Shown in pieces: positions 16,423 through 26,244 of a stretch of DNA of 34,631 nucleotides. The DNA comes from a virus. Its lineage: Duplodnaviria; Caudoviricetes. The DNA lies in the IMG/VR virus record IMGVR_UViG_3300009426_000626, positions 1 through 34,631 of that record; one strand, given 5' to 3'. Each line of letters begins with the position of its first letter. Position 1 is the first letter of the stretch. A program made the position numbers and the translations under genes. A model generated the notes under the pieces. That model had not been told where the DNA came from, searched no databases, and saw only the letters and a program-made list of their open reading frames with translations.

Positions 16423-18577
16423 TCTTTTCTCCATTAAATTGTGAAATATTGCCACTCAATTTAAACTCTATTGGTGCAAATGACATATCTTCTCTTTTTA
16501 TTTCATGTTCTTTAACCCTTGAATCATCATTTGTTGTTTCATGACTGAATGAATGATTACATGAGAATTCAAAATTACCATCAGCGTCTACATTCCATAT
16601 AACTTCACCATCATATACTGTTGCTAATCCCCCGCCGAATTCTTCGAGGTCCTTCTCTGGATCATTAATGATTTTGAATGTGTGGGCGCCATAAACTTTG
16701 TATGTGACCCAGACATAAGGCAGATATTCGTTGGCCAGGCTAGATGCTAATTGTTCCTGTGGCGTTGCACCCTTAAAAACATTGAAATTTTGATTCTGTT
16801 CTTGTGGTATATAGTCTATAAATTGTCCAGGATTTTCTTGTTCAAACTCAAAGAACTGATCCATATTTGGTCGCTGTTGTGCGTTAATGACTGTTCCATC
16901 AGAATCTGTCACCATCATCTTAAGCCATTGGTTTGCAAATTTTAGCCGAATAAATCGATGTATAACTGTATTAACATAGTCTTGAGTGTACCAATTTGAC
17001 ATAAATGTATTGTCCCACGGCTGCTCTTTCCAGGCAATATCATATTTATCCCAGTTAATGTGTATGTCGCTTAATACTGCATCACCGCAAGTCATACCTG
17101 GACTGAGGACAAAGACCCATTTACGAGAATTATATAGTACATGAAGACTGTGTAGCCATTCAACAGGTCGTTCTGTTGGAAATCCAATTACCCAATTTAC
17201 ATGGGTCTCAATACCAGACGCGCGGCAATCTCGCAAGTTATTTTCAATTTCCCAGACTTTTATCCGTTTCTTCATATCAAGTAGAACTTTTTCACTACCT
17301 GCCTCAACACCAAAACTCAGCAAGCTGCACCCACTTGCTGCGACGGCATCAAAAAATTCACGGTCCATTCTACCATCACACCTAGCATAACTGTTCCATC
17401 GTATGTCAAGTCCGTCCGCAACGATTTGATCGACAAGTTTTCTGAACTCTTTAAGATTGCCGTTGATTAAGCTATCAACAAACCAAAATCGTTTTATTCT
17501 ATACTTTTTAATCTGATGTTTCATTTCTTCGATGACACGAATGCTTTCGCGCCAACGGAATTTCCAAAACCAAGTCTCTGAACAGAAGGTACATTGCGCC
17601 ACACATCCCCGACTTGATTCGATACTCACACCATCAGGGTGTCTATATAGATTCAAAGAGAAATCACTATAATCAGGAAATGGCAATTGATTTAAGTCAA
17701 GTCTACTCTGAGTATTACCAAAACTATAAGGACCAGCTTCAATAGGATACTCGTCGAGATTTTCTAAAAGATTGAGTATTTCTTCTTCACCTTCACCAAT
17801 TACACGATAGTCAACATTATTGTAAAATTCCTGTAACTCTGGCCGCAATTTTTCTGTTGCCTCGCCGTCCATCCAATCAGATAATACCTCAGGGCCGCCA
17901 ATAACAATCCGAATATTTGGGTTGGCCTTTTTCAATTCGTTCATCACATATCCTGTTGGATGTAAATTGGTATTATAGACACTAAACCCAACAAGTCCAG
18001 GTTCAGTTTCTAAAATTTCAAGAACTAGGTTATCAAGAAATGGTTTCAGTGTAGGGTGTATTTCTATATCATAGGCTGGCAAATACCAATGGTCATGATA
18101 TATGGCATCCCACATATCCTTCTTGAGTTTTCCTTTAAGGAAATGATATCCTTCTATATTAGCATCATGAACATTAATCTCATAACCGTTTTCGCGCAGC
18201 AATGAGGTCAGTCTGGCCACATTGTATGGCGGGAAGATAACTCCCCAAGCAGGACATACAACTAAAGATAATCTGGTGTCTTTTAGTGGCTTGTTTAATT
18301 CAGACCAATAATCATATCCTCTTTCGTTTTCAAAAGGATCTTCACTCCAATATGTGTATGGACGAACACCATCAAATTCTGATTCAGACCCCAAATGACT
18401 GTTGGCATGCCGCATCTTTTCTTCATGCTCAATTACCTTGAGAATGATTTGATCGCGGTCCTCGCTTCCAAAGTTAGGGGTATCAACTTTTTTTTGGGGC
18501 ACCTGTTGTTCCTGTTGTTTTTGGTGCTTTTTTAATAGCTGCGAGTCGGGTGCGCTTACGTCTTTTTTCTTTGTCAT
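16343..18577 (-). CDS. Cobalamin-binding radical SAM protein (class B methyltransferase-like)
   Basis: B12-binding-domain pattern (PPY..A.L, DAN, VGFS, IVIGGP, GEGE), then SSRGCVAQCTFC, FVDS, FGVEAGS and IGFPTE. Confidence 0.9.
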   Translation of the reverse strand: MTKKKDVSAPDSQLLKKHQKQQEQQVPQKKVDTPNFGSEDRDQIILKVIEHEEKMRHANSHLGSESEFDGVRPYTYWSEDPFENERGYDYWSELNKPLKDTRLSLVVCPAWGVIFPPYNVARLTSLLRENGYEINVHDANIEGYHFLKGKLKKDMWDAIYHDHWYLPAYDIEIHPTLKPFLDNLVLEILETEPGLVGFSVYNTNLHPTGYVMNELKKANPNIRIVIGGPEVLSDWMDGEATEKLRPELQEFYNNVDYRVIGEGEEEILNLLENLDEYPIEAGPYSFGNTQSRLDLNQLPFPDYSDFSLNLYRHPDGVSIESSRGCVAQCTFCSETWFWKFRWRESIRVIEEMKHQIKKYRIKRFWFVDSLINGNLKEFRKLVDQIVADGLDIRWNSYARCDGRMDREFFDAVAASGCSLLSFGVEAGSEKVLLDMKKRIKVWEIENNLRDCRASGIETHVNWVIGFPTERPVEWLHSLHVLYNSRKWVFVLSPGMTCGDAVLSDIHINWDKYDIAWKEQPWDNTFMSNWYTQDYVNTVIHRFIRLKFANQWLKMMVTDSDGTVINAQQRPNMDQFFEFEQENPGQFIDYIPQEQNQNFNVFKGATPQEQLASSLANEYLPYVWVTYKVYGAHTFKIINDPEKDLEEFGGGLATVYDGEVIWNVDADGNFEFSCNHSFSHETTNDDSRVKEHEIKREDMSFAPIEFKLSGNISQFNGEKNEDSIDTSPKRQRAVAKEELLRLQQP

Positions 18578-20195
18578 GCATGTTCCTCATAGCAGATTCA
18601 AGCTCAGGAAGACTTTTCTTCCAATTTTCTTTTCGTAGTTTATCTAATTCAGAAGTAAGTGTTAAGAAATGTTTCCAGTGGCTTGGGTCAGGCTCAGCAC
18701 TCCACATTTGGGATAATGTGGCTTCTAGTGATCTGGTGGTTTCGGCTGCCCAATTTGCATCATGTGTTGTGCATTTATCGTTTCCCCAACGCTTAGAAAT
18801 AGCGTCAATAAATCGCTTGTAATGCGCATCTACATCATGCTTAATTCCACCTGGCAAGTTCTGCACGTTGTAATATTGTGGGCCGTATACATTATGGATA
18901 TAAATGTCATTGTGTATGCGACGAAACTTTTGCTCTTTAAGCCACCATATTAAATCAAGAACGTGAAATACATTCATTACACTTAATGTCAATGTTATGT
19001 TAGCAGACAGATTAGTAAGACGGGGATCTGTATCAATTTTTCGAAGGTTGCGTTCAACCTTGTCCCAACGTCCTGGATGACGAATATATTCATAATGCTC
19101 ATACATTCCGTCGATGCTCAATCCTAAGTTTACTTTTTTAAACTGTGTCCATAAACCAAACAATTTATCAGGAGTACCAGCCATATTGGTATTATAGTCC
19201 AACACCATCTTGTTTGCATAGCCCTTATCGATTATGATGTTAAGCAGCTCTTGGTGTTTGTGATTGATTGTTGGCTCACCGCCTGTAAAGTATATACGAT
19301 CAACAGTGTCAAGATTGTCGACTAAGTCATTCCACATTGTAGAATCGTTAAACCACTCGCTAAGGATTGGCACATGCCACTTACCTTTTGCATCTTTCTC
19401 AATTTTATGCGCTTCACCATCACGCATAACAACTTCAGGATCATCCTCAGACCTAGTTAATGCAATATGGTCTTCATACCATAAGTTGCTGTCAGTTGGC
19501 CCACAGCTTCGACATTTTAAATTACACTTGTTGCCAAAACGCAAATCCCACCATTGGATTGGAAAATCCTCATGTTTGATACTACCATCTGGTTCTGTCT
19601 TTTCAATTGCTTTATCAATAGTGTCAGGGAAAAGATCAAATGTGTATATACGTCTGCTGCCGGTGCCTGAGTCTTCCTCGTCCCAGCAAAGCTTGCACAA
19701 GTCGTTCTTTTTACCGACAAGCATGTCTTTGCGCAATTCTTTCCAGGCTGGTGCGTTCCGATTTTCAGAAATATGGTCATTAAAGTCCAACGTTGATCCG
19801 TCATCCTTCTTGACAATCCCCTTAGGTGCCTTTTCATTTTCATGAATCATTTGGCAGCACATGCGAATATTACCACTTGCATCTGTTCCTGCATGATTCC
19901 AAGGAATAGAGCAGAATGACTTTCGTGCAATTAACTTTTTATAGTATTCACGTCTACCGTCCTTGAGCTCTTTAACAGTTTTATTTAAGCGCCTGGCAGC
20001 TATTGCAAATACTTCTTCATCTGCTATTTTTGAATGTATACAGTCCAGGATAACTGTATCGTCATCATCATATTCTACCACAATCTTTATGACAGAGAGC
20101 GGACAGGCAGGATCTAATACCATTGCAGACCGTTCTTCAGACGTGCGATAGTATTTTGGATCTAAACTAAATTTATCTTCTGCTGGAATGTTCAT
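18483..20195 (-). CDS. Radical SAM protein with N-terminal twitch domain and extra N- and C-terminal extensions
   Basis: FCSIPWNH...MCC...CKLCW.EE..G..SRR, then DLRFGNKCNLKCRSC, FTGGEP and YNTN. Confidence 0.92.
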   Translation of the reverse strand: MNIPAEDKFSLDPKYYRTSEERSAMVLDPACPLSVIKIVVEYDDDDTVILDCIHSKIADEEVFAIAARRLNKTVKELKDGRREYYKKLIARKSFCSIPWNHAGTDASGNIRMCCQMIHENEKAPKGIVKKDDGSTLDFNDHISENRNAPAWKELRKDMLVGKKNDLCKLCWDEEDSGTGSRRIYTFDLFPDTIDKAIEKTEPDGSIKHEDFPIQWWDLRFGNKCNLKCRSCGPTDSNLWYEDHIALTRSEDDPEVVMRDGEAHKIEKDAKGKWHVPILSEWFNDSTMWNDLVDNLDTVDRIYFTGGEPTINHKHQELLNIIIDKGYANKMVLDYNTNMAGTPDKLFGLWTQFKKVNLGLSIDGMYEHYEYIRHPGRWDKVERNLRKIDTDPRLTNLSANITLTLSVMNVFHVLDLIWWLKEQKFRRIHNDIYIHNVYGPQYYNVQNLPGGIKHDVDAHYKRFIDAISKRWGNDKCTTHDANWAAETTRSLEATLSQMWSAEPDPSHWKHFLTLTSELDKLRKENWKKSLPELESAMRNMHDKEKRRKRTRLAAIKKAPKTTGTTGAPKKS

Positions 20196-21568
20196 TATTG
20201 CCTCTTAAAATATTCTAATTCGTTGTCACTATATTCGACCAATTTGTTTGCGTCGTTCACATCTCTTATGGGTACTAAACTTAGTACCCCCTTCATTCGA
20301 CCATTGGCTCCAGGAGTGTTCCAGCTATTTATAGCTGCTATTTTGTCCATCATTTCCTGAGCTCGCTCAAGAAAGCCTGGCGGCGCCATAAGCTTAATCT
20401 CAAGCCAAAAGTCATCATCAACTGTGTCATGGTGTTCCATAATGATTTTGGCGTTTTCAATGAAGCGGCCCTCATTTCCTGCATATTTGTCCATGCTCTC
20501 AAAGTGTGCGCTGAGGTTGACAGAGTTGATATATGTTGCTGCTTCACGCCAGAATTTTGTACTACGGCTACCATTTGATGTTACGAGGATCCATTGGTTA
20601 CGTGCTTTAAGGTGCTTCAATATATCCATAAACTGTGGATGCATAGTAGGTTCGCCTCCACCAAAATTCCAACGAATTGACTCGCCGCCGCTCCAATTAT
20701 CAATTACCATATCAATTGCACGTATCACAGTATCAAAAGGTGGAAACTTTTCTGTATTACTGTGTACAGCTGGCCAGCAATAGCTGCAATTATAGTTGCA
20801 GCGGCGCCCTATGTCCCAAAGTATTTGGTATGGAATAGGAAAATTCATCTCAACACTAGTTTGATCATCTATAGACTGAACAAAGTTGTCTTTTGTTTGG
20901 TGTTGTCCATCATATCCTTTATGTGTTACTGCTAACCCACGGGCATAGCCCTCATTTTTCGCTTTAGATAGAATAACATCTGCACCACACCCGCAACTCT
21001 TGAATGGGCACGTAACCCATTCTTCGGGCATATCAAAACCTTCACGTATGTTGCCTAATAGGCCCCAATACTTTTTAACATCGGAAATTTTGCTTTCCCA
21101 TTTCCAGGCACTAGCATTGATATCAATGTCACGTGTCATATTGCTACCCAGGTTACTAAAGAATTCTTCTTCGGTACGCTTGAGTTCATCCTGTAGTTTT
21201 ACGTGCTGCTCACTATCTTCCCATCCAATTTTAGGAAGTGGCCATCCGCCATCTGTGTTGTTATTATACCAATCCTCATGTGGATAGGGACCAAATACTC
21301 GCTCGCGCTCAAGGCGCCATTCTTCAACTACTTGGTTGTGATGTGCACCTTGGTTTCTATTACTACTTGCGCAATTGGCATTCCAGATGTTACCATCATA
21401 GTCAATGTATAGGTTACGAACACCTGCACTGCACTTCCAGCCTTCCCATTGGTTAAGGCCACGAGCAATAGCTTCATCTACACTAACTCGTGTATATTTG
21501 CCAGTCTTGTTGTAGATACGTAGTTGCTTGTTACCTAAGGGGACGTTGTCGTCACTTGTAATTGGCAT
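20195..21568 (-). CDS. Radical SAM protein with permuted domain order (Cys-rich auxiliary domain N-terminal)
   Basis: N-terminal WEGWKCSAG...IDYDG.I....C...CPFKSCGCGAD. C-terminal WDIGRRCNYNCSYC, FGGGEP, TSNG and LSAH. Confidence 0.9.
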   Translation of the reverse strand: MPITSDDNVPLGNKQLRIYNKTGKYTRVSVDEAIARGLNQWEGWKCSAGVRNLYIDYDGNIWNANCASSNRNQGAHHNQVVEEWRLERERVFGPYPHEDWYNNNTDGGWPLPKIGWEDSEQHVKLQDELKRTEEEFFSNLGSNMTRDIDINASAWKWESKISDVKKYWGLLGNIREGFDMPEEWVTCPFKSCGCGADVILSKAKNEGYARGLAVTHKGYDGQHQTKDNFVQSIDDQTSVEMNFPIPYQILWDIGRRCNYNCSYCWPAVHSNTEKFPPFDTVIRAIDMVIDNWSGGESIRWNFGGGEPTMHPQFMDILKHLKARNQWILVTSNGSRSTKFWREAATYINSVNLSAHFESMDKYAGNEGRFIENAKIIMEHHDTVDDDFWLEIKLMAPPGFLERAQEMMDKIAAINSWNTPGANGRMKGVLSLVPIRDVNDANKLVEYSDNELEYFKRQ

Positions 21569-21579
21569 ATGTTATTCCA

Positions 21580-22587
21580 TTATTCATTATCTACCTCATA
21601 GCGTTCTGTTGGTAGGACTTTTTTAGTCATAATATCAAAATTGCAGTGGCACATACTTTTGTTACAACGCACTGCGCGAGTTGGCCATTGTATAGATTCA
21701 GGGCGTTTGATGTTGCCAAATGACCCACCAACACGGCACCAACCACGCATAATTGAGCCGTCAAAGTCAACTACAATTTGTTCAATGCCTGCCCAGCAAT
21801 CCCATCCTTTCCAATTATTAGTCTTATCGTTTATAAAGCGGTGTGCTGAACTATTTTCACTTAATCCATTCACTTCATCAATCATATCCATGCTGCCACG
21901 ATATAGATTTTTGCTATGGTCACGGGTGTGTTCAATTTTGATACCTAAATTATGCCATTGTCGATCAATGTACGCAATCTGCTCGTCAGTGTAGCTAAAC
22001 AGCTCTTCACCAAAGTCGATGATGAGAGGTTGCAGCGCGAGGCTGATGTCCTTTATGGCTATCACTCTCTCAGCCACGTCCTGACACGTATCCCACAACT
22101 TAGGGTCATAGTGCATCATAACGTTGACATGTGTGCGGCACACCTTGCTCATAATTTCAACCACTTTAAGGAAGTGTTCAGGATCACTGTGTTCTGCATG
22201 AAAGCTGAGGCAAGCGTGATCAAACTTTTCCTTGTTCTGTTCCCACCAACGTAACGTGCGGCTTGCATTTGATATCATTCCAATGTCATGCCCAATACCT
22301 TTAATGTACTCTGCGCACTTGACAAAGTCCTTCCAAAGTGTTACTTCTCCACCAGTAAACTCAAAGTAAACTTTACGTGGGCGATAATGCGTAACACACT
22401 CATCAATGAAGCGTTGGATGACCTCAAAATCGTTCCAACCAAAGCTGCCATCGTTTAAAATACTAGGACAATAGCTGCAATTGAAATTACACATGTTGCC
22501 TAGATTCCAATTGACGACAACCCAGTCTTTAGCTGAGGCGTGGTGATGGTCTAGTTTATTGTAGAATTCTTGTGGTCCTAGCGGCAT
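21580..22587 (-). CDS. Radical SAM protein with C-terminal SPASM/twitch-like domain
   Basis: WNLGNMCNFNCSYC, FTGGE, ISN and LSFH. C-terminal WKGWDCWAG...DG...GWC...CNKSMCHCNFD. Confidence 0.9.
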   Translation of the reverse strand: MPLGPQEFYNKLDHHHASAKDWVVVNWNLGNMCNFNCSYCPSILNDGSFGWNDFEVIQRFIDECVTHYRPRKVYFEFTGGEVTLWKDFVKCAEYIKGIGHDIGMISNASRTLRWWEQNKEKFDHACLSFHAEHSDPEHFLKVVEIMSKVCRTHVNVMMHYDPKLWDTCQDVAERVIAIKDISLALQPLIIDFGEELFSYTDEQIAYIDRQWHNLGIKIEHTRDHSKNLYRGSMDMIDEVNGLSENSSAHRFINDKTNNWKGWDCWAGIEQIVVDFDGSIMRGWCRVGGSFGNIKRPESIQWPTRAVRCNKSMCHCNFDIMTKKVLPTERYEVDNE

Positions 22588-23582
22588 TATTGTCCCATTT
22601 CATTAATCACATCCAGCTCACGTGCCATCGGGTGTACACGGGCTGGATTGATGTAAACTTCCTTAAAGAAACGGCTACCCTGATCATTTAGATCAGCAAG
22701 TTCAAGTCCCAATTCGTTACGAAGTTGTTCACCAAGAGTGCGTATTTCTTCTTCTAGTTCGTACACATTCCATTCATAGCCAGTTCGTTCACAAAGACGA
22801 TTGCCTCCATTATCACTATTTGGTATAAATTTTGGTGCTATATCATTAGCCCAGTATTTATTAAGCCATTCAAAGTCTCTGACAGAGCGCCAATCCCACT
22901 CATCGCGACGCAAATTTGTCATTACAGTCCCAAGACGTGCGCCATAAATTGCCCATAACCCATTATGCGCATCTGCACCAACAGTCTGCCAAACTAGCAA
23001 GCGTTGGTAATTCTTACGATGAATTTTCTTGATATTATGCTTACCAACAACGTCTCCATTATCGAGTGTCATCTTGCACCCTTCTCTGAAGCCCGCTCTC
23101 CAAGCTTGCAGTGGGCTCGCATTGTTGTAGACGTGGCTGTATACGTTGTTCATTTGAACATAGTTTATATTCCAACAAAAGTCAACCTGTGCTTGCAAAT
23201 TATTTTCTGGTGCTGCTTCGTGTGTGCGCATGTTGTTGATGACGTGAACTGGCCAACATTTGATGCCGCCATTGCCATATACAAGTCCATTGATTTCATT
23301 CTTTGCAGCCCAGCTCATAACATCAGCTTTGCCTACTTTATCTATATCAATTTCTAGATTGAAGAACTCTGGATCGACGATGTTGTCTGCGTCCACTGTG
23401 ATTATACGTTGTGTGTCAACTAGTGCCGCTGCGGCTTTGTGTGCAGCATCACTACCGTAAACGCCATGGCTTCGTTTTGCCCAAGGACATTTGCTCAATA
23501 GGTCATGCCAGTTATCGTCTGCATTGGGCTCGTCATAACTAATGAAGACGATATCTATATCATTAATTGGAGTGAGTGTCAT
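22587..23582 (-). CDS. GT-A fold (GT2-like) glycosyltransferase
   Basis: DIVFISYDEP and DxD motif TVDADN. Paralog of 10877..11584. Confidence 0.75.
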   Translation of the reverse strand: MTLTPINDIDIVFISYDEPNADDNWHDLLSKCPWAKRSHGVYGSDAAHKAAAALVDTQRIITVDADNIVDPEFFNLEIDIDKVGKADVMSWAAKNEINGLVYGNGGIKCWPVHVINNMRTHEAAPENNLQAQVDFCWNINYVQMNNVYSHVYNNASPLQAWRAGFREGCKMTLDNGDVVGKHNIKKIHRKNYQRLLVWQTVGADAHNGLWAIYGARLGTVMTNLRRDEWDWRSVRDFEWLNKYWANDIAPKFIPNSDNGGNRLCERTGYEWNVYELEEEIRTLGEQLRNELGLELADLNDQGSRFFKEVYINPARVHPMARELDVINEMGQ

Positions 23583-24531
23583 TTACGTTCCTCTTATTCA
23601 ATTTGAGTGCAGGATTCTGGTATAATATGTTTACATCCATAATGTCGAAATCTACTGCAATTCGTTCTTTATTTCCCATTCTTAGCTTATTGACATCAAT
23701 TATATGCTTAGAAATGTAATGGTCTGTTGTTTTTCCTGTAAAATATAATGGCAAGTAGCGGTAATATAACCCAGCAGAGGTGAGCTGTTCTGCGCTCACT
23801 AAACTTACAATATCTACATACTTACCATCTTGAATCAAACTAACATGAGAGTCAGCGTCATCTGTTACACATTGTATCTTATGACTCCAACGATGATCGT
23901 CTATTTCCTTAGGCTTTACATAATCTTCATCGAACGATTCAAAGTAATAGTTTTTAAATTGTCGTCGAGTTAATACAGAAACTTTGCTTGCTGTAATATG
24001 TCTAATGATGTCATCCATTGGCGCCGCAAAACAATTACTATTGATTAATTCCATTGCGTCAATAGTAATTGTTTTAAGAAGGTAGTCTGGGTTATTGTTT
24101 TTAATTACATAGAATTTGAAATCAATCTTTTCATTTAACAATATTTCATTTTGCATATTTCTTTTAATCAATTTATGAACCATATCTTTATTCACTTCAA
24201 ATGTTAAATAATGGTTCTTAGTGTAATGCCTGACACGTATGTCCCATTCCTTTATTTTAATTTGAGGAATAATTGACAGTTTGTCTTCTTTATTGCGCAG
24301 TCTAAGATATTCATTCTTTGCAACTAACTGGTCATTATCAATAACGTAGTTTGTTCCTGCCGCTTGTCCACGTAGTATACGATATGCATTTTTATCATCT
24401 GTTACGATAAATGGCGCAAGAGAATCAGACCGGGGATTACATCCAACAGATATAATCTCTCCTGTCCAATCATTAAAATAGATATAGTAATTAGGCTTTG
24501 GTTTTATTCTTGGTGTTACTGAAATCGTCAT
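23563..24531 (-). CDS. Hypothetical phage protein
   Basis: ~322-aa AT-rich ORF overlapping both neighbours; no motif recognised. Confidence 0.75.
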   Translation of the reverse strand: MTISVTPRIKPKPNYYIYFNDWTGEIISVGCNPRSDSLAPFIVTDDKNAYRILRGQAAGTNYVIDNDQLVAKNEYLRLRNKEDKLSIIPQIKIKEWDIRVRHYTKNHYLTFEVNKDMVHKLIKRNMQNEILLNEKIDFKFYVIKNNNPDYLLKTITIDAMELINSNCFAAPMDDIIRHITASKVSVLTRRQFKNYYFESFDEDYVKPKEIDDHRWSHKIQCVTDDADSHVSLIQDGKYVDIVSLVSAEQLTSAGLYYRYLPLYFTGKTTDHYISKHIIDVNKLRMGNKERIAVDFDIMDVNILYQNPALKLNKRNVNDTHSN

Positions 24532-25351
24532 CAAGTTGCTTTATTAAATTAGGCGTAATGACCTCTGGGTCACCGTAATGGAAAATGCCGTGCAGTCTGT
24601 AATTATTAACTTTGATATTTAAATCACTAGTGATCCATATATTCTGAGACTCAGACCAATTAAACGGTTGATCCTTATCAGCATCAAATAGGAAGTCAAT
24701 TTCAAGGTCTGTGTATTTAAATTTATCGGCTATTGCATATTGTTCATGCAAGCTATCAGCAACAATATTAGTCATTAGCGTAAAGTCAAAGTCATCTGCC
24801 TTAACTTCCGACAGATAACGGTCATAAATTTCTCTCCAAGAACGGAACATAGGATCCGCCATTTTGAAGAACTCGCTTGACTTTTGTTCTTTTCTGAAGT
24901 AGATTACCCCAGAGTTGAATGCTTTGATATTGTTTTTATCCTGCGCGATAAATTTCTTGTCGTTACGAATATTGTCTCCTCGATAGTTATGTGCTGTTGC
25001 AAACACAATGTCATCGATATCTCGCATATCCCAAAGGCTCTTGATATTATCAATTGCTAATGAGTAAGTATTAATTATCATGCTCTCGTCGAATGGTGTG
25101 CAGTGATACAGTTGCCAAAAATCAATGAACATATTGTGGTGACTTGTATCACTACGTCCATATGGGAGTTCAACAATATAATCAAATCCACTTTCATATC
25201 GACGTGGGACATGGTCAAACTTATGCACCACAACACATGTTTCACAGTCCGGATCTGCTAATTTGAGACTGATACTTAAAGCATACGCGCATTTAATATT
25301 CTGCGTTTTTCCAACGTCATCGACACCAAGAAATATATATCCGTTTGTCAT
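24491..25351 (-). CDS. GT8-like glycosyltransferase homolog with degenerate DxD motif
   Basis: AYALSISLK, FDYIV, TPFDESMIINTY, FNSGVIYF and FHY motifs. Confidence 0.65.
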   Translation of the reverse strand: MTNGYIFLGVDDVGKTQNIKCAYALSISLKLADPDCETCVVVHKFDHVPRRYESGFDYIVELPYGRSDTSHHNMFIDFWQLYHCTPFDESMIINTYSLAIDNIKSLWDMRDIDDIVFATAHNYRGDNIRNDKKFIAQDKNNIKAFNSGVIYFRKEQKSSEFFKMADPMFRSWREIYDRYLSEVKADDFDFTLMTNIVADSLHEQYAIADKFKYTDLEIDFLFDADKDQPFNWSESQNIWITSDLNIKVNNYRLHGIFHYGDPEVITPNLIKQLDDDFSNTKNKTKA

Positions 25352-26244
25352 CTGTTATCCAATTCAAGTGCAGCCATAATATCATCAAAATTGCGATCTA
25401 ATGCTCGTTTGTTCATGACATGAACATTTTCTTTTTGTATAAGAGTAAGGGTGTCTTTCCAATTCTCTTGACGATCATTGACCAAATACCCCCATTCATC
25501 TACAGTGTTAATTGAAACAATATCGTCGTGTTGACTCATGTTTATCATTGATGTAGGGAATTTGTCGATTAGATCTCCATGCCCCATACCATTTAACATA
25601 TGCGTTGCTATACTTACACAATAATCTGTGCGATACATTTTGCCAGGGAAACCATAATGAAATTTGTAGAAATCGTAATTCTTAGATATATGTTCCCATG
25701 TCTCAAAAAATAGCTTTGTTAACGATTGGGTCTTGTCAAAATATATAGCAGTGCTCCAAAGCATTGGTATACCATAATCATGTAAATGTTGCTGTGGCAA
25801 TGCTGGCGGCTCACCAATCAATGATTCCGCAGATTGAAATAACGTGACTGCATTATCTGTATCAAAAACGTATGCAAGCGAATCATTTTGCACAATATAA
25901 TCTATATCCAATAACAATGTTTTGTCATAGGGTGTATATTGAAATACCTTATGTTTGTTGCCGTTCTTAAATTCACTTGTGAATTTATGGTATGGTGAAT
26001 CATAATGTGTTCGTTGATTGACACGAATGTCAGGATCAACCAAAACAATCTCGTCGAAAGCCTGTTCAGCATATTGCCAATAGGAACTAGTTTTAGACCA
26101 TTCCCATGTGCCTGCATCAGTGATTAAGCAAATTTCGTGACCAGGCATATAGCGTTTAGCATACCTAGCCGCAATAGTAGACAATTTTACATAATCAATT
26201 TCTGTCGTGTTGTATGCAAAAAATACAATGCCTGTAGTCGTCAC
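25348..26244 (-). CDS. GT8-like glycosyltransferase homolog
   Basis: GIVFFAYN....DY, FDEIV, TPYDKTLLLDIDY (DxD), WSTAIYF and YRTDY. GTG start in a GTGA overlap. Confidence 0.72.
   Translation of the reverse strand: MTTTGIVFFAYNTTEIDYVKLSTIAARYAKRYMPGHEICLITDAGTWEWSKTSSYWQYAEQAFDEIVLVDPDIRVNQRTHYDSPYHKFTSEFKNGNKHKVFQYTPYDKTLLLDIDYIVQNDSLAYVFDTDNAVTLFQSAESLIGEPPALPQQHLHDYGIPMLWSTAIYFDKTQSLTKLFFETWEHISKNYDFYKFHYGFPGKMYRTDYCVSIATHMLNGMGHGDLIDKFPTSMINMSQHDDIVSINTVDEWGYLVNDRQENWKDTLTLIQKENVHVMNKRALDRNFDDIMAALELDNR

Noticed and set aside
20195-22587. Viperin or MoaA identity for the W.lG..CN..CSYC rSAMs
   Set aside because: They lack the viperin NxH motif before the Cys triad and the MoaA C-terminal GG and CxxC-x13-C arrangement. 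No moa genes are nearby.
792-22587. Classical RiPP biosynthetic cluster
   Set aside because: I recognised no RRE/PqqD domain, transporter or leader-core precursor, and the accessory enzymes are sugar-directed. Kept only as a minor alternative for the 29-aa peptide.
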